Origin: Octopus sinensis
Taxonomy: Eukaryota
Length of the DNA stretch: 64,000 bases
NCBI RefSeq assembly: GCF_006345805.1
Contig: NC_043023.1
Span: 14,756,001-14,820,000, forward strand
Direction: 5' to 3'
In this document: in pieces, positions 12,288 through 25,324 of the stretch
How positions within the stretch are numbered: the stretch's first letter is position 1
Layout of the letters: each line of letters begins with the position of its first letter
Translations under genes and position numbers: made by a program
The notes under the pieces: model-generated
Told to the model about the DNA's origin: nothing
Database searches by the model: none
The model's input: only the letters and a program-made list of their open reading frames with translations

Positions 12288-12729
12288 ATATATATATATT
12301 ATATACTAAAAGGGGGATGACCACTACGTGAACATCCATATGTTAGAAGTAGATCCATTATAGTCTTACCACTACGAAAAGAATATTCTCAAGAAAATTT
12401 TTAGCTAACACTAGAATGTAAGAGAGTAAGACAAATGAAAAGAAACAAAATATAGATTAATCACAAACTAGTTTCGCTATTACCACTTACGTAATTATTT
12501 ACATAATTGTCCGTAGCTTGTCTTTGCAAATGTAATTTGCAGAACTATACACAGATTGTCCTCATGAGATTGAACATGTATACAGTTCTACCAATTACAC
12601 TTGGGGTTATCTTTCAAAAGTTTTCGTTTTGGCGCGCTGAAATATCAGAAATAATTCTGCAGTAAATAAATTTCTGCAGTGAATATTGTCGGTTGGAGAA
12701 CATAGTTTAAATTTAAATTATATATATAA

Positions 12730-13110
12730 GAGTAGGTGTGTGGTAAGTAGCTTGCTTACCAACCACATGGTTCTGGGTTCAGTCCCACTGTGTGGCAAGT
12801 ATCTTTTACTATAGCCTCGAGCTGACCAAAGCCTTGTGAGTGGATTTGGTAGATGGAAACTGAAAGAAGCCTGTTGTATATATGTATGTATATATATATA
12901 TATATATAATATATATAACCCACCACTACCAACATCGCTTGACGACTGATGTTGGTGTGTTTACATCCCCGTAACTTAGCGGTTTAGCAAATGGGACTGA
13001 TAGAATAAGTTCTAGGCTTATGAAGAATAAGTCCAGGGGGGTGATTTGTTTGACCTATAGGTGGTGTTCCAGCATGGCCGCAGTCAAATGACTGAAACAA
13101 ATAAAAGAAT
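12730..13110 (+). mobile_element. SINE family A, diverged
   Basis: Head, (TA)n and body match other copies with more substitutions. Confidence 0.82.
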
Positions 13111-13699
13111 ACATACATATATATATATATATATACACACACACATGCAAACACACACAAACACACACACACACATATACATATATACATATATATATAT
13201 ATATTATATATATATATATATTATATATATATACTTATAGATGCATACATTGTGATCCAGAACTGTCTCACTACTACAACCATCACAACTACCACCTCAA
13301 CCACTACCACCATCACAACACATGAATCAGCAAGATATCCTCCACACGACAATTCGACCTGCCTGAAATAGCAAGTGAATCTCCCTCAAAATTACATTTC
13401 ACCATCTTAAAAGAATTGCATGTTGGAAAATGCAGTTCCAGGTCCCCTTTCATGCAGGGGAAAATAAGACTGGAGGGCCATGGATGGAACGAATTTGATC
13501 ATGGTTAGATTTCCACTCAACCAATGCACCATTGTTTGACTACCAGCACGACACCAAGCAACAGCAAGCCAACGAAGACCACCACTAAGCAACAAGGTTG
13601 GGTGGGGGTGGGTGCGATGGGCATTTCCATGCACCAATTAACAGGTAATTGTCACACCTGAGTAATTTTGAAGCATGGCTGGTAGAACAGGTTTTTAAG

Positions 13700-15450
13700 A
13701 TGGTAGTGTTGATTGTGGTGGTGGCTGTAGCGGCTGTGGTGACAGTGGTTGTGGTGGTAGTAGTGGTGGGGGGGTGAGGATGGTGGGAGTGCTACTGCCT
13801 TTGGTGGAGGTTGTGGAGGTGAAGGTGTTGGTGATGGTGGTAACGGTGATTTTGGCGGTGGCTGTAGTGGCTGTGGTAGTGGTGGTGGTGGTGGTGGTGG
13901 AGGTGGTGGTGGTAGGGATGGTGGTGGTGATTGTGGTGTTGGCTGTAGCAACTGTGGTGACAGTAGTGGTGGTGGTTGCAGTGGCTATGGTGACAGTTGT
14001 GGTGGTGATGGTGGTGGTGGTAGTAGTGGTGGTGGTGGTAGTAGTGGTGGTGGTGGTGGTGAGGATGGTGGCGGTGATTGTGATTGTGGTGGTGGCAGTG
14101 ATGGTGGTGGTGGTGTGGGGGGTGGTGGTGTTGTGGTGGTTGGTGGTGGCGGCGGTGATTGTGGTGGTGGACAAGTGATGGTCGGTGGTGGTGGTGGTGG
14201 TGGTGGTGGTGGTGGCGGTGATTGTGGTGGTGGCAGTGATGGTGGTGTTGGTGGTGGTGGTTGGTGGTGGTGGTGGTGGTGGTGATGTGGTGGTGGACAG
14301 TGATGGTGGTGGTGGTGGTGGTGGTGGTGGGGTGGGGTGGTGGTGGATTGTGGTGGGGACAGTAGTGATGGTGGTGGTGGGGTGGTGGCGGTGATTTGGT
14401 GTGGTTTAGGTGGCAGTGATGGTGGTGGTGGTGGTGGTGGTGGTGGTGGTGGTGGTGGTGAGTGTGGTGGTGGCAGTGATGGTGGTGGGTGGTGGTGTTG
14501 GTGGTGGGTGGTGGCGGGTTGGGATTGTGGTGGTGGCAGTGATGGTGTGGTGGTGGTGGTGGTGGTGGTGGCGGTGATTGTGGTGGTGGCAGTGATGGTG
14601 GTGGTGGTTGGTGGTGGTGGTGGTGGGTGGTGATGGTGGTGGGTGGCAAGTGATGGTGGTGGGTGGTGGTGGTGGTGGTGGTGGCGGTGATTGTGGTTGG
14701 TGGCAGTGATGGTGGTGGTGGTGGTGGTGGTGGTGGTGGTGGTGATTGTGGTGGTGGCAGTGATGGTGGGGTGGTGGTGGTGGCGGTGTGATTGTGGTGT
14801 GGCAGGAGATGGTGGTGGTGGTGGTGTGTGGTGGTGGTGTGGCGGTGTTGATGTGGTGGTGGCAGTGATGGTGGTGGTGGGGTGGTGGTGGTGGTGGTGG
14901 TGGTGGTGGTGTGATTGTGGTGGTGGCAGTGATGGTGGTGTGTGTGGTGGTGGTGGTGGTTGGTGGTGGTGGTGGTGATTGTGGTGGTGGCAGTGATGGT
15001 GGTGGTGGTGGTGGTGGCGGTGATTGTGGTGGTGGCAGTGATGGTGGTGGTGGTGGTGGTGGTATGTGGTGGTGGTGGTGGTGATTGTGGTGGTGGCAGT
15101 GATGGTGGTGGTGGTGGTGTGGTGGTGGTGGCGGTGAGTGTGGTGGTGGCAGTGATGGGGTGGTGGTGGTGGTGGTGGTGTGGTGGTGGTGGGGTGGTGG
15201 TTGTGGTGGTGGTGGGAGGATGGTGGGGGTGATTGTGGTGGTGGCAGTGAGTGATGGTGGTGGTGGTGGTGTTGGTGGTGGTGGTGGTGGTGGTGGTGGG
15301 TGGTGGTGGTGAGGATGGTGGCGGTGATTGTGGTGGTGGCAGTGATGGTGGTGGTGGTGGTGGTGGTGGCGGTGTCGGCAATGGTGGTGGTAACATGGTG
15401 ATGGTAGTGGTGGTGGTGATGGTAGTGGTGGTGGTGGTGGTACTACCACT
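13700..15450. repeat. (GGT)n-based G-rich repeat with a recurring GATTGTGGTGGTGGCAGTGAT motif
   Basis: Direct inspection. Confidence 0.95.
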
Positions 15451-15498
15451 ACTGCTGCTGGTGTGGTCTTATGTGGTAGTGATGATAGCATTAGTGCC

Positions 15499-16190
15499 TG
15501 TGTATCTTGGACTACATTATCGAATGTACAGTATAGTAGTTAGTATTAGTGATTTTAGCCATTGCTTTTAGCCCTAGGTCAATCTTGATCCCTTAGACCT
15601 ATGGTCAAAGATGTTCCAACTGTGACCATCCCATTTTCTATCCAGACATAGTGTATCTTGGACTACATGATCTAATGTATAGTATAGTACTTAGTATTAG
15701 TGGTTACAGTTATTGTTTAGCCCCAGGTCAGTCTTGATCCAATAGACCTATGATCAAAAGACATTCCAGCTGTGACCATCCCATCTTGTATTCAAGCATA
15801 GTATATCTAGGACTACTTTATCTAATGTATAGTATATTAGTGGCTATAATTGTTGTTGTTTAACCCTAGGCCAATCCTGATCCAGCAGACCAATGATCAA
15901 AGACGTTCCAGCTGTGATCATCCCATCTTTTATCCAGACATAGTGTATCTAGGACTACATTATCCAAAGTACAGTATAGCAATTAGTGTAAGTGGCTTTA
16001 AGTGTTGTTTAACCTCATACCAGTTCTTACCCAGTAAACCTATGATCAAAGACGTTCCAGCTGTGACCATCCCATCTATTATTCAGACATAGTGTATCTA
16101 GGACTACGTTATCTAATGTACAGCATAGCAGTTAGTATTATGGATAAAAATGTTGTTGTTTAGCCCTAGGTCAATCCTGATTTAGGAGAC
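15499..16190. repeat. Diverged ~150-bp tandem repeat (~4.7 copies)
   Basis: GTGTATCT[T/A]GGACTAC recurs at ~15500, 15651, 15802, 15943 and 16092. Confidence 0.9.
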
Positions 16191-16418
16191 TGTTGATCAG
16201 GCTAAATTTGATGTCTCCCTTTTTGGTGAATGGTCAATGGCGTTGGAGAGCATAAAGATTAAAATTGTAGTTGAGAAAAAATTCACTGACATGGAGGAGT
16301 AGAAACCATCTTGATATTGTGTGGACAATTTTTGATTTTTTAGAATACTTTAATTTCCGGGTGGAATATTATTTATTTTACCTTTTATAAAAACTGTCAA
16401 GTTCAGTCCAAACTCCAT

Positions 16419-18300
16419 CTATGTATGTATGTGTGTATGTGTGTATGTGTGTATGTATGTATGTATGTATGTATGTGTGTATGTATGTATGTATGCATGT
16501 GTGTGTTTATGTGTGTATGTGTGTATGTATGTATGTATGTATGTGTGTATGTATGTATGTATGTATGTGTGTATGTATGTGTGTATGTATGTATGTATGT
16601 ATGTACGTATGTATGCATGTGTGTGTATGTATATATGTATGTATGTATGCGTGTGTGTGTGTATGTATGAATGTATGTATGTATGTGTATGTATGTGTGT
16701 GTATGTGTGTATGTGTGTATATGTATGTATGTATGTGTGCATGTGTGTATGTATGTATGTATGCATGTATGTACGTATGTATGTGTATGTATGTATGTAT
16801 GTATGTACGTATGTATTTATGTGTGTATAGATGTATAGATGTATGTATAGATGTATGTATGTATGTTTGTATGTATGTATGTGTGTATGTATGTATGTAT
16901 GTATTATGTATGTATGTGTGTATGTATTTGTGTATGTATGTATGTATGTATTATGTATGTATGTGTGTATGTATGTATGTATGTATGTATATATGTGTGT
17001 ATGTATGTATGTATGTATGTATATATGTGTGTATGTATGTATGTATGTATGTATGTATGTATGTATGTATGTATGTATGTATGTATGTATGTATGTATGT
17101 ATTGTATGTATGTATGTATGTATGTATATGTATGTATGTATATATGTATGTATGTATGCATGTATGTATTATGTATGTATGTATGCATGTATGTATGTAT
17201 GTATGTGTGTATGTATGTATGTATGTGTGTATGTATGTATGTATGTATGTATATATGTATGTATGTATATATGTATGTATGTACGTATGTGTATGTATGT
17301 ATGTATGTATAGATGTATGTATGTATGTATGTATGTATGTACTAATGTATGTATGTACGTATGTATGTATGTACGTATGTATGTATGTACGTATGTATGT
17401 ATGTATTTATGTATGTATGTATGTATGTATGTATGTATGTACTAATGTATGTATGTACGTATGTATGTATGTACGTATGTATGTATGTACGTATGTATGT
17501 ATGTATTTATGTATGTATGTATGTATGTATGTATGTATGTATGTATGTATGTATGCATATGTATGTATCTATGTATGTATGTATGTATGTATGTATGTGT
17601 GTATGTATGTATGTATGTGTATGTATGTGTGTATGTGTGTATGTGTGTATGTATGTATGTATGTATGCATGTGTGTGTATGTATGTATGTATGTATGTAT
17701 GTATGTATGTATGTATGCATATGTATGTATCTATGTATGTATGTATGTATGCATATATGTATGTATGTATAGAATGTATGTATGTATGTGTGTATGTGTG
17801 TATGTGTGTATGTATGTATGTATGTATGCATGTGTGTGTATGTATGTATGTATGTATGTATGTATGTATGTATGTATGTATGCATATGTATGTATCTATG
17901 TATGTATGTATGTATGCATATATGTATGTATGTATAGAATGTATGTATGTATGTGTGTATGTGTGTATGTTGTATGTATGTATGTATGTATGCATGTGTG
18001 TGTATGTATGTATGTATGTATGTATTATGTATGTATGTATCTATGTATGTATGTATGTATGCATATATGTATGTATGTATAGAATGTATGTATGTATGAA
18101 TGTATGTATGTATGTATGTATGTATGTATGTATGTATGTATGTATGTATGTATGTATGTATGTATTATGTATGTATGTATGTATGTATGTATGTATTATG
18201 TATGTATGTATGTATGTATGTATGTATGTATGTATGTTGTATGTATGTATGTATGTGTATGTATGTATGTATGTATAGATGTATGTATGTGTGTGTGTGT
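16419..18300. repeat. ~1.9-kb (GTAT)n microsatellite
   Basis: Direct inspection. Confidence 0.97.
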
Positions 18301-18632
18301 ATTAGGTTGTCAGGAAAGTTCTGAGTGTTTTTAAGCTAAATCTTTACATACTTCATTGAAAGTTAAAACTTCAGCATTGCTTGAAGTGGTAATGCATCTC
18401 TTCTCTATTCCTGACTAAAAAAATAGATCTACCTTTCATTCCGGTTACTCTTCATTGCTATTTGAAATGGATAACCAAAAATTTCATATTCGTGCTGTAA
18501 TGCTTTTCTTTTTCAAAAAGGAGAAAATGCTACAAAGACATTTGTGAAGTTTATGGTGATGATGCTGTGTAAATTTATCTTGGAAGATGACAGTCATAGT
18601 GGAAAACCTTCAAAATTGGGTGAAGATGTTTT

Positions 18633-18924
18633 ATAATAATAATAATAATAATAATGAAATTATTGTATATAGTGCTCAGGTGCACCACAATTTATCAAAA
18701 GTGCATATAAAGTATATGCAGTAATGTACAAATGTCTGGAAAGTGAACAGTGTATGAGTCAGATAGATGCTTGCATGTGTATGGAGGGGAGAAAATCAGG
18801 TGTAGTGTTGGCAAATCTCAGAAAGCATGGAAGTTTTGAAGGATGCAGTGCTCCGACAACTAACAACTGATGCCGGCAGTTTGTTCCATACTTCAGCAAC
18901 TCTCAGCGTGAAAAAAATGTTTCC
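18633..18924 (-). mobile_element. 5'-truncated CR1 3' end inserted in a mariner remnant
   Basis: FFTLRVAEVWNKLPASVV..STASFKTSMLSEI matches the CR1 ORF2 C-terminus. Confidence 0.88.
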
Positions 18925-19266
18925 TGAAAAAATTGAAGAAAACTCAAATATCATGACTAGAGAACTTGCAGAGAGGTTGCAAGTTGCTAAAAGTATGGCC
19001 CTTGAACACCTAATGAAGCTAGGATACATTTCTTGCTATAATGTATGGGTCCCTCATATATTCTCAGGAAAGAATTATTTGGACTGGTATCCCGTTTGTG
19101 ATATGCTTTTGAAATGGAATGAAAGAATGCCTTTTTTTGAAACAACTTGGAACTGGAGATGAACAATGGATTGTGTATGAAAATGTAGTGCAAAAAAATC
19201 CTGGAGTTTGCTATAAGGATCCTTCAAAGCAGCAACTAAAGATGAATATCCATGCCACAAAAGCTA

Positions 19267-19688
19267 TACTCTTTTACTCTTTTACTCTTTTACTTGTTTC
19301 AGTCCTTTGACTGTGGCCATGCTGGAGCACCGCCTTTAGTTGAGCATATCAACCCCGGGACTTATTCTTTGTAAGCCCAGTACTTATTCTATCGGTCTCT
19401 TTTGCCGAACCGCTAAGTGACGGGGACATAAACACACCAGCATCGGTTGTCAAGCAATGCTAGGGGGACAAACACAGACACACAAACATATACACACACA
19501 AACATATATATATATATATACATATATACGACAGGCTTCTTTCAGTTTCCGTCTACCAAATCCACTCACAAGGCATTGGTCGGCCCGGGGCTATAGCAGA
19601 AGACACTTGCCCAAGATGCCACGCAGTGGGACTGAACCCGGGACCATGTGGTTGGTTAGCAAGCTACTTACCACACAGCCACTCCTGC
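19267..19688 (-). mobile_element. SINE family A inserted in a mariner remnant
   Basis: Full head and body; transposase homology resumes on both sides. Confidence 0.88.
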
Positions 19689-20467
19689 TTTGACTTTGGT
19701 GGGATCATAAAGGCCTTATTTATTATAAGCTTCTCCCACAAAATCAGACCATTAATTCTGATGCGTACTGTCAAAAGCTGGTTAATTTGAACCCAAAAAA
19801 CCAAAGAACAGAGGCTGGAGATTGCCAACAGAAAAGAGGTGGTGTTTCAACAAGACAATGCCCGGTAGCATTTTTCCCAATGGCCAGGTAACAGAAGAGA
19901 TGGCAGTGTGGATTTCCACCTCAGCATCTGAAACTCAGAGTTTTATCATGGCTACCAAATAATTGTTACATATTACATTTACAGATATATATATATACAA
20001 CAGGCTTCTTTCAGTTTCTTTCTACCAAATCTACTCACAAGGCTTTGGTTGGCCCAGGGCTTTAGTAGAAAACACATGCCCAGGATGCCACGCAGTGGGG
20101 CTGAACCCGGAACCATGTGGTTGGTAAGCAAGCTTCTGACCACACCTGTATACACACACACACTCACACACACACACACACACACATACATATATATTTA
20201 TATACAGTCGTGTTGCATAAAACATGATGAATTCATTGTGTGTGTGTGTGTGTGCAACGTGGGGGTTAAACAGAGGATTACTGGATGAGGATGAGGGGGG
20301 GGGGGTGCTTTTGTCATCAGCCATGAGTTGTTCCAACGCAGGTGATATTTCTGCCTAATAGATGGTTACTAATGGTAACAATGGCTACATTGTGCTCACT
20401 ACTAACTGGACAGGTAACACAGTTTAACGACATTGAGCAAATGTGCATAGCTAGTGCGTGAGGTTGT

Positions 20468-20483
20468 GTATAAATATATATAC

Positions 20484-20530
<47 letters not shown>

Positions 20531-21129
20531 CGTATATATATAATATATATATATACATACATATATATATACATATATATACACACACACACGTATATAT
20601 ACATATACATATATATATGTGCATATATATACATATATATATATATACATATATATATACACACATATATATACACATACATATATATATATACACACAT
20701 ATATATACACATACATATATATATATATATACACACATATATATATATATATACACACATATAAACATACACACACACACATATATATACATATATATAT
20801 GTGTTTGTGTGTGTGTGTATATATATATATATTATATATATATATACATATACGTATATATAATATATATATATACATACATATATATATACATATATAT
20901 ACACACACACACGTATATATACATATACATATATATATGTGCATATATATACATATATATATATATATACATATATATATACACACATATATATACACAT
21001 ACATATATATATATACACACATATATATACACATACATATATATATATATATATACAACATTATATATATATATATACACACATATAAACATACACACAC
21101 ACACATATATATACATATATATATGTGTT

Positions 21130-21167
<38 letters not shown>

Positions 21168-21180
21168 CGTATATATATAT
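20468..21180. repeat. (TA/CA)n microsatellite with a ~320-bp internal duplication
   Basis: Rare motifs (CACACACGTA, ATGTGCATAT, ATAAACATAC, GTGTTTGTG) each occur twice in the same order. Confidence 0.92.
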
Positions 21181-21248
21181 AAGTTTTTTTTTAGTAATGA
21201 GATAAAAAACCAAGACGTATTAGATTTTAGAACATTTATAGACAGAAG

Positions 21249-21300
21249 GTCTTACAGCTGTTTCCAGGATATTTATTAATGATATCCCTTCATCAGAGAC
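21249..21300 (-). ncRNA. Type I minimal hammerhead ribozyme motif in a Penelope-like LTR fragment
   Basis: Minus strand GTCT-CTGATGA-AGGGATAT...ATATCCTG-GAAA-C-AGCT-G-TA-AGAC. Confidence 0.78.
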
Positions 21301-21476
21301 GATGTGGGTGGATGGTTAAGTAATAGTTAATTTAGATAGGACACAAAATAGAGAGTGAGGTGGAGGAAGGAAAATAGATGTGAGATATGTAGGGATTTTG
21401 AATTTGCAGATCTATTTTTTAGGCAAAATGGTATACATGTAAGATTCCAATAGTTTATGAATAAAATCCAACAGTC

Positions 21477-21530
<54 letters not shown>

Positions 21531-21579
21531 TGTGTACAGTGCTCAGGTGCACTACAACTCATCTAAAGTGTATATATAA

Positions 21580-24428
21580 TCAGGTGTAGTTTCGGCGGAT
21601 TTCGGAAAGCATGAGGGCCTTAAAAGATGCAGTGTCATGGCAGTCAACAACTGACGCAGGCAGTTTATTCCATGCTTCAGCAACTCTGAGCGTGAAAAAA
21701 TGTTTCCGAAAGTCATGGGAGCTGTGCTGTTTTCTGACTTTGTAGGCATGTCCACGTGTGTTAGACACATGGAGATCAAAAAGGTGTTCAGTGTTGTTGT
21801 TGGTGAGGTGGTTGATAACTTTGTGGGTGTTTACCAAGTCCGTCGCCAACGCCGGAGCTTCAGTGAATCCATGCCCAGGGAAACAAGGCGCTCAGAATAT
21901 GGTAGGTGTCTGATGGAGGGTATGCATTTGGTTGCACGTCTCTGGACAGATTCCAGGAGGTCAATGTTCTGTGCAAGATAGGGGCTCCAAACTGATGATG
22001 CGAATTCCAAGTGTGGTCGTACCATAGCTGTATACAGTTTTAAATAGATGGCTGGAGAGCGGCTAACAAAAGACCTGCTGAGTGATGCCAAGACACCCTC
22101 GGCCTTCCTGACAATCTTAGAGATATGCTTTGACCAACGCAAATCACTGCTGACAGTGATGCCTAGGTCACGCTCGCAAGAGGATTTCTTGATATCAGTG
22201 TTGTGGAGGGAGTATGTGAACGCATGGTTTTTTCTCCCAAAATGCATGGTGGTACACTTGTCCACAGCCAGTTTCAGTTGCCAGTCTGTGATCCATTGCT
22301 GCATTGTGTCTAGGTCTGATTGCAGGAAAGAGTTGTAGACATCAGGATCTGTCCTCTTGATTTCAAGGTACAGCTTGATGTCGTCTGCATATTTCAATAC
22401 TGTGGCATTCTTTAAATTGGCATCTATGTCGTTAATGTATGCCACAAACAAGAGGGGACCAAGGACAGATCCCTGTGGTACACCCGATGACATCTCATAT
22501 GGTGTAGAGTGCTGTCCTAGAACTGTGACTACCTCCTTTCGGCTGAGGATGAAGGATTTCAACCAGTTAAAAAGGTCATCCCCCACACCCATTGCAGAGA
22601 GTTTCACCATAAGCCTTTTGTGTGGCACAGAGTTGAAAGCCTTAGCAAAGTCAAGGTAGACAACATCCACCCATGAGCCACTGTCAGTAATCTGAGTAAT
22701 GTCCTCAAGGAACTCGACAAGCTGGTCACTGCAGCTGGAGTTAGGGACAAATCCATATTGTGAGGGTCGGATGAGACTGTGAGAGCTCCAGAAGTTCCAG
22801 AGTGTTTCTCTGACACACGATTCCATCAGTTTTGCAATACAGCTAGTGAGACTGACTGGGCGATAGTTGACAGGTGATGTGCGGTCGCCCTTTTTGAACA
22901 GAGGAATGACACTGGCAGTTTTCCACTGTTCCAGAGTAGCACCATTGTTGAGACAGTACTGGAAGAAAGTAGAGAGCTGGTGTAAAAGGAAGTACCTGCC
23001 ACGTTTGAGAAGCAGGTATGTAACTCCATCAAGACCAGGGGAGGCATAGTTGCGCTTATTTTGAAGGTGATGTCGCAGCATGGCAGGTGTAAATTCCATA
23101 GTTGTTATGGAATTTGCTGTTAGAGATGGTGAAGATGGTACATTTTGACTTTCAACAGTGAATATGTTTGCATAGCACTCGGCAATGAGTTCTGCGCATT
23201 CCTTGGGGTCGTCAGTGATCTGGTTTGTGTGAGGGTTGCGAAGAGGGCCCACTGGAGAGTGAGGTCTCTGCTTTGAGTGCACATATTTCCAGAAAACCTT
23301 GCTGTCAGGATTGGCTGCTATGCACTGTTCAAATTCAAGCACTGCTTTTTTTGTCACTTGCTTGAGATGGTTGGAGGATTTATTCCGCTTCTTCCTGTTG
23401 GTGTCTGATTTATGCAACCTGTATTCCCGTTCAGCAGTCCGACGTTCCCTCCTGGCAAGTCGGACCGCTGAAGTTTCCCAAATTGCCCTTTTGGGGCGGT
23501 TCTTCTTTTTTTGTTTACGTGGCACTGATGCTGCACATGCTGCCCATATTGAGTCCAGGATACTCTGGAGTATAGTATTCACATCTCCAGAGTTGTAGAA
23601 TTCACGCCAGTTTGGGTGCTGTAGTTCAGTGTGGTACAGGTTCCAATCTGCTCTCTTCCAATCGAAGGAAGCAGATTGGAGATGGTTCAGATTTTTGTTG
23701 CCCGCAAGAGCCAGATTGGCGATGATCATAGCATGATCAGAGTCACCTAGAGGTTCCTCCGTAGTGCAATTGATAACTGCTTCAGGAGTTGTGGTGAAGA
23801 GCAGGTCCAAGGTGTTGTCGCCTCTTGTTGGAGAGGTGACTACTTGTGACCAGTTTGAGTCCAGCACAAGCTCAACAAAATCGTTTGCACTCTGTGGCCA
23901 ATGGAAGGTCTCCCAATCGATCTCAGGATGATTGAAATCGCCTGCAATAAACACATAAGTGGCTGTTTTCCTGGCAGCAGCTCGGAGGACATTGCAAAGC
24001 TGTGTGTCCCGATGGTAACTTGGGGGACGATAAACAACGCCAAGCAGGAGTGTTGACATGGTCATACGCACGTCACAGAAAAAAACTTCTTCTTGTGATT
24101 CGTTCAAATCGGCACAAGGAATTACCAAAAAATTTGAACGAACGTAGACCATCACACCACCACCACGGCGGTTAGTGCGGTCCTTACGGAAGAAGTTGTA
24201 CCCCGTAATGTTGAAAACCCCATCACAGAGTAAGGAATGCGCCCATGTTTCCGTGACAGTGATGAAGTCAGGGTCAACACTTCTGACGTAGGCGTTGAAC
24301 AAATGTATTTTGTTGCATAAACTGCGAGCATTTAAGGACAACAATTTGTACCCTGCTCGCAGTTTATGATGGTGTGTAGAGGATGGCAGGTTGTTCTGGC
24401 TTAGTTTCCCTGAGTTGCTGTAGTCTTT
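21580..24428 (-). CDS. LINE ORF2: APE endonuclease + reverse transcriptase; one frameshift near 21850
   Basis: EN motifs (LNARSL, VTETW, GGGV, GDFN, LDL, SDH) and RT motifs (NYRPVSLTS, YLDFAKAF, GVPQGSVLGPLLF, YADD, ERDLGI, VRPHLEF, VQRRATK). C-terminus (TRGH...FFTLRV..WNKLP) continues in another frame (21580-21849). Frame is open without ATG up to a stop at ~24429. Confidence 0.9.
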
Positions 24429-25123
24429 TTAGTTATTGTGGGTAGAGAGCACTCAGACCAGCTGGTATCTCTCTTCCACGTTTCAGCAGTCTTGACAAAT
24501 CTCCAGATTTGTCCATCTCCCGAAGACTGAAGCTTTCCTGTAGAGCTGAGTTCCTATTCAGGGAAGCCACTACACGTAGCTTCGGACGTACATCGGACGG
24601 AAAGCCTGGGCGTGTTCGGAAGGTGGTCCGATTTTCCCGCCCAGCTTTAACTGAGGCCAGATGGTAAGAGGTTGCCTCAGTGGGGTCCGTAAAAGACAAC
24701 TTGATGAGCCTAGGTTTTGGGCCAGGTCGTCCAAGGCGGATAGCACCCGTTGGGGGAACGCAGCCTAGGTCTTTGGCTGAGTTGGCAGCAAAAGCCTGAA
24801 GATCAGCCATGTCTTCTGGCACCCCAATGGCAATGACTTCATGGGTGGCAGAATCCGCGGTCTTAAATGCGACAAGAGGTACAGGGAGGTTCTTTAGCAG
24901 AGCATTCCGATAAGACCCCTCATTGTGGAGTCCAACCTGAATGGTTGCTTTTATTCCTGCTACTTCCCCTTTTAAAGCACAGATCGATTGTTGCAGTTCT
25001 GCAAGAACCGCACTGGTCAATTGGTGTTGTTGTTGTTGCTGCTGTTGCTCTGGTTGTGGTTGATTTTGTTGTTGCTGTTGTTGTTGTTTGATGTCGTTGC
25101 TGCTGCTCTGGTTGTGGTTGATT

Positions 25124-25154
<31 letters not shown>

Positions 25155-25158
25155 TCTA
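24401..25158 (-). CDS. LINE ORF1 (coiled-coil plus RLG..KPRLIK motif), polyQ N-terminus, probable indel near 24520
   Basis: LAELQQSICALKGEV coiled coil and IRLGRPGPKPRLIKLSF motif typical of CR1/L2/Jockey-group ORF1. An alternative frame continues GDGQIWRFVK...TQGN* to TAA at 24401-24403. Confidence 0.7.
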
Positions 25159-25200
25159 GTTATGTATATATATGTATATATATATATATTATATATATAC

Positions 25201-25237
<37 letters not shown>

Positions 25238-25324
25238 GTATAGTATGTATATGTATGTATATGTCTGTATGTATAAATGAAAAATAAGAAAATGGAGATA
25301 TAGCATCTAAAAAAGATTTATTAT

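Larger units (their letters stand above)
18300..19880 (+). mobile_element. Decayed mariner transposon
   Basis: TA-TTAGGTTG start; fragmented transposase with EVYGDDAV, TRELAERLQV, WVPH, TGDEQWIVYEN, WWDHKGLIYY and VFQQDNAR; interrupted by CR1 and SINE. Confidence 0.85.
21485..25158 (-). mobile_element. Near-full-length CR1-clade LINE (ORF1 + EN/RT ORF2 + (TTA)n tail)
   Basis: ORF1 and ORF2 in tandem, short 3' UTR and (AAT)n tail at ~21485-21530, (TA)n on both sides. 5' end lost in a polyQ-coding/microsatellite tract. Confidence 0.92.

Noticed and set aside
12463-12527. Another hammerhead on the minus strand (GCTA...TAGC-GAAA-CTAG-TT)
   Set aside because: Stem II and GAAA are present but the CUGANGA core is not; at best a decayed Penelope-like remnant.
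13652-18334. Long Pro/Thr/His/Val-rich and YVCM ORFs (up to 553 aa)
   Set aside because: Translations of (GGT)n and (GTAT)n repeats, open on both strands and in several frames.
21831-24344. The CR1 reverse transcriptase as the parent or partner of the 104-bp array
   Set aside because: The array peptide is RTE-type and shows no match to the CR1 sequence; only proximity links them.
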